The notes beneath the pieces are model-generated. The model did no database searches. It was not told the DNA's origin and saw nothing but the letters and a program-made list of their open reading frames with translations. A program made the position numbers and the translations under genes. A stretch of DNA of 39,280 nucleotides from Candidatus Wolfebacteria bacterium (GTDB lineage: Bacteria; Patescibacteriota; Minisyncoccia; UBA6257; UBA9933), in NCBI GenBank assembly GCA_016933365.1, contig JAFGBB010000012.1, forward strand, positions 1 through 39,280, in the 5' to 3' direction. Position 1 is the stretch's first letter. Each line of letters begins with the position of its first letter. This document shows positions 25,101 through 31,505 of the stretch, piece by piece.

Positions 25101-26063
25101 TTTATTTAGGCATTTAGCTACTCCGCTTGCGTTACTTCCTAATTTTTCAATAATTTTAATAACAGCATCTTTTTTAATCACTGAAAAATGTTCGAATTCC
25201 AAATCAACAACATTTTCATGCCCCGCATTTATTAGATTAATAGCTAACTCATTGTTTAAATATTGAGCTGGGCAATTTTCAAAAAATTTTGAATAATGGT
25301 CATAGCCATATTCGACGCATTTAAAAGCCAACTCACTATAATTAAGATTACTGAATTTTTTCAGAATATCATCTATATAATAATATTCTGGTGAGTCAAT
25401 AATTTTAAGTGCTATCTCTTGTTGGTTGATGTTTGAGAAAAAATTTATATTTCTAACAACAGACCCAGCATGTTTTGATTCAATAAGCTTTAAGGCGATG
25501 CCTTGATCAATTCCCTTAAAACATTCTAAATGTTCACTAACAACGCTTGCGCCAAATCCTTGATCTTCCCTGTCATTTTCAATAAGCATTTCTGCCACTT
25601 CTTTGTCAAGACAAGTGATTGTTTTAAATCTATCCCCTAAGCCCCATGCTACGGAAACCAAATCCTTTGTCTTAATTAACTCTACGACAATATCTTTTTG
25701 AACTACATCGTGAAATTTCTTGAGATTTTTCACAACATACTCTCCGGACCCAGCTCTAATGAGCTTTAACGCAATTTCTTGGTGATTAAGCTCTTGAAAT
25801 TTTTCTAAATTTTCAGCAATAAAATATTCTCCTTTAGCTTCAATAAACTTAATAGCGATATTATGATGAAATTGTATTGGTATTTCTGAAAGTATATTAA
25901 AATCAAAATTTTTATAATCCAATGCATCTATTTTTTTTCTCCACTCAACTATTTTCTCCGATTCTTTATAATCATTGGATTTTCCATTTTCAATTACTTT
26001 CCGTATTTCACCGGCTTCGTTTTCGGCTTGCTCCAAATTGTACTGTTTCGGATTTTCTAGCAT
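22125..26063 (-). CDS. Giant (1312 aa) multidomain protein with N-terminal tandem ~30-aa helical repeats, a central Cys-motif domain and a possible GNAT-like C-terminus
   Basis: Uninterrupted 3.9-kb ORF. Residues ~55-540 carry about 14 repeats of the type EIALKLI..G.G..VVKNLKKF....Q. Later features include a GNDTACCMPFGSGKNNVY motif. The C-terminal region (HGYILAYEG...VLYVSDLASDGNKRAGGSLLIVFAEEY) is tentatively acetyltransferase-like. Confidence 0.85.
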   Translation of the reverse strand: MLENPKQYNLEQAENEAGEIRKVIENGKSNDYKESEKIVEWRKKIDALDYKNFDFNILSEIPIQFHHNIAIKFIEAKGEYFIAENLEKFQELNHQEIALKLIRAGSGEYVVKNLKKFHDVVQKDIVVELIKTKDLVSVAWGLGDRFKTITCLDKEVAEMLIENDREDQGFGASVVSEHLECFKGIDQGIALKLIESKHAGSVVRNINFFSNINQQEIALKIIDSPEYYYIDDILKKFSNLNYSELAFKCVEYGYDHYSKFFENCPAQYLNNELAINLINAGHENVVDLEFEHFSVIKKDAVIKIIEKLGSNASGVAKCLNKFRDSDREEILIKMIELCGRIDMALDNSIDIPETTWNRIYPLLLEKKYDRELIIDHIDKFKNANHSEIAMKSMEDREELDISKLKNLNSEVALKMIGLFKENGMRYEDKWQIMFEKNISNFDNLNKSVAVELFKKNEINVIANNTDRFNLREIIQFSLENNQIDLLDTILDRMSKASAIYHKEVALMLIDAGKGDLVDKYNNNFYGEFFEQGRKEGLMASEFILIDNKADELSDLNKIEKYKKIYEILKNKHHNWQDNENIIKPFEDAASIFGYNKMFKYLGRPQLTRHDGLHNFLQIIKSYEASGLKATTYYNNILAQVANDDGQYYEGTAHHHLNSLVGSIDYNFNDVAEKVREYSGIEKLQGLMIELGETKNIFSSWKNLKKYREICELLGRTEILDNLQNLKKEGKNKLYKYIETLAFHPSISMEEVFKLWEYPESFLQNNDTHTSEEVHNHKKPSNYIEIPNLDLTATELRDALVEGSYDRLQAFTPMEIIYEVGQERKTDIRENLARQIGVRDKELRKKLGIIENEELKSDSKLFAKLNQFFKKQGYDFKKYLNGEENIPESVVEELEQFRSKQQVEEYRVKINKKSDPDGVVAGNDTACCMPFGSGKNNVYTFNPICALFTVQKKNADGNFRTIAQSVLTLDKDINENVAKLLSKLNSIETKLHEVISEDVLLDKSSIITCDNIELAENYKNHPLAGQILEEIYRDFFQEYVKNYSAKQNLDTSKVIIGQGYSDSLRHLPEVNNTFMPEAPVGYSDNLHEKAYLLDLTKETKEKLVTSKKIIPVVESEQKVKMPVNWPKGISFLTYRDSLPVAYIEGKAYRDNESLIQYLHNMENALIAKDINNEAKNRVNMSFKYQDSDSKIHGYILAYEGRRNNSEYNNKEEHETGEKVLYVSDLASDGNKRAGGSLLIVFAEEYKRNFLEKDNPIPIYMQLREATSYPIILKQLEKLSKNTDYKFKLKELGTYQHGDDTMHEAIIRAEKINK

Positions 26064-26071
26064 AGTTATAT

Positions 26072-26230
26072 TTACTTAATTAAATCATCAACGCCAACCT
26101 CAAGCGCTTTGGCGATTTTTTTAATATTTCAATCGTTGGATTATTTTGTTTTCCTGTTTTAATGTTAATAATCGTATTATTGGAAACATCATTAAGCCGA
26201 GGCAACATCTTTCAATTTCGCTGAATGTAA
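26072..26230 (-). pseudogene. Decayed, 5'-truncated XRE-family helix-turn-helix gene remnant
   Basis: Minus-strand translation gives HTH-like pieces in three frames. These are LHSAKLKDVASA*, then MLPRLNDVSNNTIINIKTGKQNNPTIEILKK, then (after a shift at the A7 run at 26116-26122) IAKALEVGVDDLIK*. The N-terminal part is missing because tRNA-Ser abuts it. Confidence 0.5.
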
Positions 26231-26234
26231 AACT

Positions 26235-26324
26235 TGGCGGAGGAGGTGGGATTCGAACCCACGGGGGACTTTTGATCCCCACGGTTTAGCAAACCGCTCC
26301 GTTGGACCACTCCGGCACTCCTCC
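26235..26324 (-). tRNA. tRNA-Ser (anticodon GCU), CCA encoded
   Basis: The reverse complement is GGAGGAG-TG-CCGGAGTGGTCCAACGG-...-TTGCTAA-..., with a long variable arm GGGGATCAAAAGTCCCCC, T-arm GTGGG-TTCGAAT-CCCAC, and CTCCTCC-G-CCA. Confidence 0.9.
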
Positions 26325-26399
26325 TAATAATTAATTTTAGATTATCTTATTTTAATCAATGTCGCAAGTGTTTTTAATAATGTAAATAAAGCTTTAATC

Positions 26400-26428
26400 T
26401 TGTAATAATCGCTTTTTTCTGATATTCT
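26400..26428 (+). promoter_or_regulatory. Candidate infB promoter (near-leaderless)
   Basis: TTGTAA (26400-26405), 17-nt spacer, TATTCT (26423-26428). The ATG at 26438 is 9 nt downstream. No SD. Confidence 0.4.
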
Positions 26429-26437
26429 TTAAGAATT

Positions 26438-27886
26438 ATGAGTATTGAAAAAAATAAAAATTTATTACCTCGTCCTCCTATTGTTGTTATTTTAGGGCAT
26501 GTAGATCACGGAAAAACAACTCTTTTGGACTATATTCGTCGGACAAATGTTGTTGCTAAAGAAGCCGGAGGTATTACTCAGGCAACCGGCGCTTATGAAA
26601 TAATACATTCTTCAAAAGAAGCGGGCGAATCTAGAAAAATAACCTTTATTGATACGCCTGGGCACGAGGCATTTTCTAAAATGCGTGAACGTGGCGCTAA
26701 TGTGGCTGATTTGGGTATTTTAGTTATAGCGGCTGATGAAGGCGTAAAACCTCAAACAAAAGAGGCTATTAAAATTTTACAGGAAAGTAAAATTCCTTTT
26801 ATTGTTGCTATTAATAAAATTGATAGAACTAATGCCGATATTGAAAGAGTTAAAAAAGAGCTTATGGAGGTTGGGGTTTTGTTAGAGGGTTTTGGAGGTA
26901 ATATTTCTTGGCAAGGAATTTCAGCAAAAACCGGAGAAGGAATAAACGAGCTTTTGGATTTAATAATTTTAGCTGCTGAGCTTGAAGATTTATCTTATAA
27001 TTCAGAAAAACAGGGGAGTGGAGTAATTATTGAATCTCAAATGGATAGCAGGCGAGGTTTATCGGTTTCAGCGGTTATAAAAGACGGCGCTTTAAAGGTT
27101 GGCGACGAGATTGCTACGGCTAGTGCTGTGGGAAAAATAAAAATTTTGGAAGATTTTTTAGGTAAACGAGTTAAAAAACTTTATCCTTCAAGTCCGGCTT
27201 TGATTTTAGGTTTTGAAACTTTGCCTCAAACAGGGGAAGAATTTTTTAGCGGAAAAGTAGATTTAGCTGAGATTAAAAAAAATATTTTTGAAGCAGATGC
27301 CGTAAAAGAAGAAAGTACTAAAAACACTGTTAATTTTATTCTTAAGGCTGATGTTTCAGGTTCTCTTGAAGTTCTTGCTGAGATTATTAAAAATATTTCT
27401 GATACTAAGATTATTAATAAATCAGTGGGTGATATTAATGATGGCGATATAAAATCAGCTTTTAGTTCAAACGCCGCTATTATTGGTTTTAAAGTTAAAA
27501 CCAGTAAGGCGGCGGAAAATTTAGCCAAAAATCAAGGGGTAAAAATTATTATTTCAGAAATTATTTATGAACTTATAAAAGAAGTAGAAAAAGAAATCAA
27601 AAATATGAAAGACCCTGAAATTGCCGGTGAATTGGAAATTTTAGCGGTTTTTAACGGAAAGAAAAGTAAAAGACAGGTAATTGGCGGAAAAGTAATTTTA
27701 GGGGATTTTAAAAGCAATTCCATAGTTAAAATTCAAAGAGACGGAAAAGAAATCGGTCAAGGAAAAGTAGTCAATCTTCAATGCGATAAAGAAGACACAG
27801 GACAAGTAAAAGAAGGGAAAGAATGCGGAATTTTATTGGATAGCGATGTTCCAATGAAAGCTGGAGATAAACTTATTTATTGGTAA
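26438..27886 (+). CDS. infB: Translation initiation factor IF-2 (short form lacking the N-terminal extension)
   Basis: The G domain starts almost at the N-terminus ([30 protein letters not shown]), followed by IF-2 domains II to C2. It is only 482 aa. Confidence 0.9.
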   Translation: MSIEKNKNLLPRPPIVVILGHVDHGKTTLLDYIRRTNVVAKEAGGITQATGAYEIIHSSKEAGESRKITFIDTPGHEAFSKMRERGANVADLGILVIAADEGVKPQTKEAIKILQESKIPFIVAINKIDRTNADIERVKKELMEVGVLLEGFGGNISWQGISAKTGEGINELLDLIILAAELEDLSYNSEKQGSGVIIESQMDSRRGLSVSAVIKDGALKVGDEIATASAVGKIKILEDFLGKRVKKLYPSSPALILGFETLPQTGEEFFSGKVDLAEIKKNIFEADAVKEESTKNTVNFILKADVSGSLEVLAEIIKNISDTKIINKSVGDINDGDIKSAFSSNAAIIGFKVKTSKAAENLAKNQGVKIIISEIIYELIKEVEKEIKNMKDPEIAGELEILAVFNGKKSKRQVIGGKVILGDFKSNSIVKIQRDGKEIGQGKVVNLQCDKEDTGQVKEGKECGILLDSDVPMKAGDKLIYW

Positions 27887-27906
27887 TAATAAAAATTTTA
27901 ATATTT

Positions 27907-27939
27907 GGCGTCGTAGCCAAGTGGTAAGGCAAGGGTCTG
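27907..27939 (+). repeat. Duplicated 5' half of tRNA-Cys (pseudo-tRNA fragment)
   Basis: 33 nt ggcgtcgtagccaagtggtaaggcaagggtctg are identical to 28013-28045. Identity ends exactly after the first anticodon base (G34). Confidence 0.85.
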
Positions 27940-28012
27940 TCCCGATATTCTCAAATATCAGTATTTTGGTGGAATATCGAGGATCCGCGATAATAACCAA
28001 AATTTTGAGATT

Positions 28013-28084
28013 GGCGTCGTAGCCAAGTGGTAAGGCAAGGGTCTGCAAAACCCTTATACGTGGGTTCGATTCCCACCGACGCCT
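28013..28084 (+). tRNA. tRNA-Cys (anticodon GCA)
   Basis: GGCGTCG-TA-GCC..GGC-A-AGGGT-CTGCAAA-ACCCT-TATAC-GTGGG-TTCGATT-CCCAC-CGACGCC-T. The discriminator U73 is as expected for Cys. CCA is not encoded. Confidence 0.9.
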
Positions 28085-28165
28085 CAAAATAGAAAGAATT
28101 GTTATTTAAGATTGATTTATAATAAATTTATTTTATTTGAATAAAAAAACTTTAGTTGTTAATTT

Positions 28166-28911
28166 ATGAATACATTTTTTCTGATTGTAATCAGCACTTT
28201 TTTAATGAGCTTAGTCGCTTGGGTAGGATTATTAACGCTTTTTTTAAAAGAGAATTTATTAAAAAAAATAATTTCTTTTTTAGTGGCTTTTTCTGCCGGA
28301 GCTTTACTTGGGGGAGCTTTTTTACATATGGTGCCTGAAGCGCTTTCTGAAAGCGAAAATGTTTTAGCGGTTTTTCTTTGGCTTTTGTTAGGTTTTTGTT
28401 TATTTTTCTTTTGGAACAATTTATTAATTGGCATCATTGTCATAAAGTTCCTTCTGAACACAAAAAACCGGTTACTTATTTAATTTTAATAGCTGATGGA
28501 GTGCATAATTTTATTGGTGGATTAGCAATTGCCGGAGCTTTTATTATTGATATAAGAGTAGGTTTGGTTACTTGGTTGGCTTGCGCTGCCCATGAAATTC
28601 CTCAAGAACTTGGAGATTTTGGAATTTTAATTCATGGCGGTTGGGCAAAGAAAAAGGCTTTACTTTTTAATTTTTTATCGGCATTAACTATTGTTTTTGG
28701 AGGCGTAATTGCTTATTTTATGTCTAGTAATATAAATATTGTTTTTTTATTGCCTTTTGCCGCCGGCAATTTTATTTATATCGCTTGCGCTGATTTACTT
28801 CCGGAAATAAAAAATGAATCAACTTCTTCTCGTAAAAAAGGTTTATTTCATTTTGTTATTTTTTTAATAGGAATATTATTGATTTTAGCCGTGAGATTTA
28901 TTGAGATTTAG
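28166..28911 (+). pseudogene. ZIP-family (ZupT-like) divalent metal transporter interrupted by a frameshift
   Basis: Two overlapping ORFs (28166-28483 and 28378-28911) together give a typical ZIP protein (FLHMVPEAL ... WHHCH ... ADGVHNFIGGLAIAGAF ... AAHEIPQELGDFGIL). The frame changes within the T-runs at about 28391-28413. This is either a true frameshift or a homopolymer sequencing error. Confidence 0.7.
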
Positions 28912-28969
28912 AAGCGTAATTTATTTACAAAAAGAAAATAAGGTGATAAATTATTAAAATATATAATTT

Positions 28970-29001
28970 GCCCGGGTGGCGGAATTGGCATACGCGAAGG
29001 A
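28970..29001 (+). pseudogene. Orphan 5' half of a Leu-type (class II) tRNA
   Basis: gcccggg-tg-gcgg-aattggcat-acgc-g-aagga gives an acceptor strand, D-arm and 5' anticodon-stem strand. The D-arm is nearly identical to the intact tRNA-Leu at 29516. No anticodon loop, variable arm or T-arm follows. Confidence 0.6.
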
Positions 29002-29007
29002 ACAACA

Positions 29008-29036
29008 TTGATAATATCTATACCTTTTAGTATGAT
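29008..29036 (+). promoter_or_regulatory. Near-consensus promoter of the HNH gene (leaderless geometry)
   Basis: TTGATA (29008-29013), 17-nt spacer, TATGAT (29031-29036). The ATG at 29043 is 6 nt downstream. Confidence 0.5.
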
Positions 29037-29042
29037 TAAATA

Positions 29043-29516
29043 ATGAAAAGACGTTCTTGGACAGAAAAACAGTTAAAAGATGCTGTTAAAAAATCTTTTA
29101 GTTACAGACAGGTTTTAAGTAAATTAAATTTGCGTGAAGTCGGGGGAAATTATGAACAGGTTAAGAAATATATAAAAGAATACGAATTAGATATTAGTCA
29201 TTTTAAGGGTCGGGGTTGGAATGCTGGATTGCGAGGGATTGGAAAACCAAGAATTCCCATAGAAAAAATTTTAGTTAAAAATAATGATTTTCAAAGTTTT
29301 AAATTAAAGAAAAGATTATTTAATGCCGGTTTAAAACCCCGGTATTATGAGGAATGTGGTTGGGCAGAAAAAACAAAGGATGGGTATTTACCGTTGGAAT
29401 TAGACCATATTAATGGTGACCGTCATGATAATAGGATAGAAAATTTACGAGTATTGTGTCCGAATTGCCATAGTTTAAAACCAACTCATCGTGGGAGAAT
29501 TAAAAAAAATAAATAG
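29043..29516 (+). CDS. HNH endonuclease (free-standing, homing-type)
   Basis: 157 aa. The C-terminal HNH motif is LELDHINGDRHDNRIENLRVLCPNCHSLK. The N-terminal helical module (FSYRQVLSKLNLREVGGNYEQVKKYIKEYELDISHF) is typical of small HNH proteins. The stop TAG overlaps the first base of tRNA-Leu. Confidence 0.85.
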   Translation: MKRRSWTEKQLKDAVKKSFSYRQVLSKLNLREVGGNYEQVKKYIKEYELDISHFKGRGWNAGLRGIGKPRIPIEKILVKNNDFQSFKLKKRLFNAGLKPRYYEECGWAEKTKDGYLPLELDHINGDRHDNRIENLRVLCPNCHSLKPTHRGRIKKNK

Positions 29517-29598
29517 GGCGAGTGGCGGAACGGTATACGCGCAACACTTAAAATGTTGTGTTCAAAAGAACATGAGGGTTCGAATCCCTCCTCGCCCA
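29516..29598 (+). tRNA. tRNA-Leu (anticodon UAA)
   Basis: GGGCGAG-TG-GCGGAACGGTATACGC-G-CAACA-CTTAAAA-TGTTG, long variable arm TGTTCAAAAGAACA, T-arm GAGGG-TTCGAAT-CCCTC, then CTCGCCC-A. Confidence 0.9.
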
Positions 29599-29626
29599 CA
29601 ATTTAAGGGTTCGTCTTGTTATATAA

Positions 29627-29664
29627 TAGAGTTTAATTCTTACCTTGGGCACGAAAAATAATAA
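29627..29664 (+). repeat. Imperfect direct repeat, copy A (upstream of hicB)
   Basis: The core gtttaattcttaccttgggca (29631-29651) matches the copy B core at about 18 of 22 positions by eye. It is flanked by tag... on the 5' side and ...ataataa on the 3' side, as in copy B. Confidence 0.55.
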
Positions 29665-29715
29665 TGAATACTAATAATATTGTGGAATTATTCTGAATAT
29701 GATAATAATGAAAAT

Positions 29716-29970
29716 ATGAAAAGGAAAAACATAAAACAAAAAAAAGTTTATAATTTTACGGCTGTTTTTGAACCCGCCAAAGAAGGCGGATACATTGTTT
29801 ATATTCCCGCGCTTCCGGGGTGCGCCACCCAGGGCGAAACTTTTGAAGAAGCGGAAATTATGGCAAAAGACGCTATTGAAGTTTATTTAAAAACCCTGCG
29901 GGCTTTAAAAGAAGAAATTCCCGTTGAGTCGGGAAAAACTATTGTCTCTAAGATTCCGGCCGTAATTTGA
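29716..29970 (+). CDS. hicB: HicB-family antitoxin (UPF0150-type, short form)
   Basis: YNFTAVFEPAKEGGYIVYIPALPGCATQGETFEEAEIMAKDAIEVYL is a typical HicB N-terminal fold. ATG 29716 is preferred over the TTG at 29680. The stop lies 4 nt before hicA. Confidence 0.8.
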   Translation: MKRKNIKQKKVYNFTAVFEPAKEGGYIVYIPALPGCATQGETFEEAEIMAKDAIEVYLKTLRALKEEIPVESGKTIVSKIPAVI

Positions 29971-29974
29971 TTTT

Positions 29975-30196
29975 ATGAAACTGCCCTCGCTTAAACCTCA
30001 AAGAGTAGTGAAAATTCTGAAGAAATCGGGATTTGAAGAAGTGAGGCAGAGCGGCAGTCATTTAATTTTAGTAAATATAACGACAAAAAAGATTATTTCA
30101 GTGCCGATTCACGTTAAAGACATTAAGAAGGGACTTTTATTAAGCATCATTAAACAAACTGACTTAACAGTGGAAGAATTTAAAAAATTATTGTAG
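29975..30196 (+). CDS. hicA: HicA-family mRNA interferase toxin
   Basis: 73 aa. LKPQRVVKILKKSGFEEVRQSGSHLILVN is the YcfA/HicA signature including the catalytic His. Confidence 0.85.
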   Translation: MKLPSLKPQRVVKILKKSGFEEVRQSGSHLILVNITTKKIISVPIHVKDIKKGLLLSIIKQTDLTVEEFKKLL

Positions 30197-30230
30197 GTTT
30201 AAGTGCTTACCCCGGGCAAATCATAATAAA
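30194..30230 (+). repeat. Imperfect direct repeat, copy B (downstream of hicA)
   Basis: The core is gtttaagtgcttaccccgggca (30197-30218). Its cccgggc+a is the exact complement (plus discriminator) of the acceptor strand gcccggg of the orphan tRNA half at 28970. Confidence 0.55.
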
Positions 30231-30252
30231 AAACCGCCTTTTGGCGGTTTTT
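30227..30252. terminator. Bidirectional rho-independent terminator (hicA / hsp20)
   Basis: aaaaaaccgcc-tttt-ggcggtttttt, a GC-rich stem flanked by an A-run and a T-run, between convergent genes. Confidence 0.8.
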
Positions 30253-30257
30253 ATGTT

Positions 30258-30743
30258 TTACTCAAATTTTACTTTTATTTTTTTAGATTTGCCTTTATTG
30301 AGTTTTGGCAGATTAATTTTTAAAACTCCATTTTTTATTGACGCGCTGGTTCTATCCGGGTCAATTTCTTCCGGAAAAATAATCTTTCGAGAAAAAGCGC
30401 CCCAATAACATTCTTGATGGATATAATTTTCTTCTCTTATTTTTTCCTTTTTTTCTCTTTTTCCTCTGATGCTGATTGATTCAGGAGTGGTTAAAATATC
30501 AATATTTTCAGGGTCAACGCCGGCAATTGTTGATTCAATTACAAAAGAGTTTGGCGTTTGATAAACATCAACGGTTAATTCTCCTTCAGCTTCTTCTAAA
30601 TAATCTTCTTCTAAATAATCTTCTTCCAAAGATTCTTCTTTTAGGGGATTATTTTTTAAAACAATATTTGGTTTAAACTCTGTTTCTTCCGCGGAATTAA
30701 TTCCGGCAAGTTTTTCAAAAAAACTTTTAGTATCTTTATCCAT
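30258..30743 (-). CDS. Hsp20/alpha-crystallin family small heat-shock protein
   Basis: The alpha-crystallin domain is LTVDVYQTPNSFVIESTIAGVDPENIDILTTPESISIRGKRE...FSRKIIFPEEIDPDRTSASIKNGVLKINLPK. Confidence 0.85.
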   Translation of the reverse strand: MDKDTKSFFEKLAGINSAEETEFKPNIVLKNNPLKEESLEEDYLEEDYLEEAEGELTVDVYQTPNSFVIESTIAGVDPENIDILTTPESISIRGKREKKEKIREENYIHQECYWGAFSRKIIFPEEIDPDRTSASIKNGVLKINLPKLNKGKSKKIKVKFE

Positions 30744-30812
30744 ATTATTTAAGGTGTATTTTTTTAAAAATATTTATGAATTATGATTATTTCGACCTAA
30801 TTTAAAGTTTCT

Positions 30813-31505
30813 TTAACGAGAAGTAAGACTTTTTATTTTTTCAAAATCCCAAAATATAAATATAGCGGCGATAATTAATAATATTAAAGGATAAATTGTT
30901 ATATCTTTTGATGTTATTATAAGATAATTAAAAAACGTGTGCAATAGAGTAGCAAATATAATTCCTTTAGCTATATTTATCCAAATTTTATTATTTTTAT
31001 TTATTAGTGATTTACCCCAATAATAACCTATTATGCCTGAGCTTAACGCGTGTAATAAAGTTGCGCCTACAAAGCGAAGAACCATTATGCTAAGAGCTTC
31101 TGATAATATGTTTACATTGTATATTACGCCAAAGTTTTCCAATAAGGCAAATCCTAAAGCGGCAATAATCATATAAATCATTGCGTCAATTGGTTCGTCA
31201 AAAAAACGACTTTTTCTAATAAGCAAATAAACAATTAAAAACTTAATAATTTCTTCAATAAAACTAAAAGAGAAAAGAGAGAAAAAACTATAACTGTCAG
31301 TTTGAAAAATTAGGAATGAATTTTTAAGTAAAATTTGAATACTAACGGCAATTATGGCGGCAAATATACCTCCGACAAAAACACGAATAATCATTTTTTT
31401 AGGTTCCGGATGAATATCTTCTTTTAGGAAAAAAAATAACCAAGCAAAAGAAGGAAGAAAACAAAGAAATATCAATAAATAAGACATAAAATTTAAGACG
31501 GCCAA
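30813..31505 (-). CDS. prsW: PrsW-family intramembrane metalloprotease
   Basis: 230 aa and polytopic. Motifs present are HPEPKK, EEIIKF (EExxK), GFALLEN, LLHALSSG and HTFFNY, all characteristic of PrsW. Confidence 0.75.
   Translation of the reverse strand: MAVLNFMSYLLIFLCFLPSFAWLFFFLKEDIHPEPKKMIIRVFVGGIFAAIIAVSIQILLKNSFLIFQTDSYSFFSLFSFSFIEEIIKFLIVYLLIRKSRFFDEPIDAMIYMIIAALGFALLENFGVIYNVNILSEALSIMVLRFVGATLLHALSSGIIGYYWGKSLINKNNKIWINIAKGIIFATLLHTFFNYLIITSKDITIYPLILLIIAAIFIFWDFEKIKSLTSR

Noticed and set aside
27907-28084. tRNA-Cys containing a 106-nt intron, with the first copy as 5' exon
   Set aside because: The downstream copy is a complete, canonical tRNA on its own. The putative intron would contain a full second 5' exon and is too short and unstructured for a group I intron.
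27833-28087. 84-aa minus-strand ORF spanning the infB end and the tRNA-Cys region
   Set aside because: It is antisense to a bona fide tRNA-Cys and its duplicated half, and the peptide has no protein-like features.
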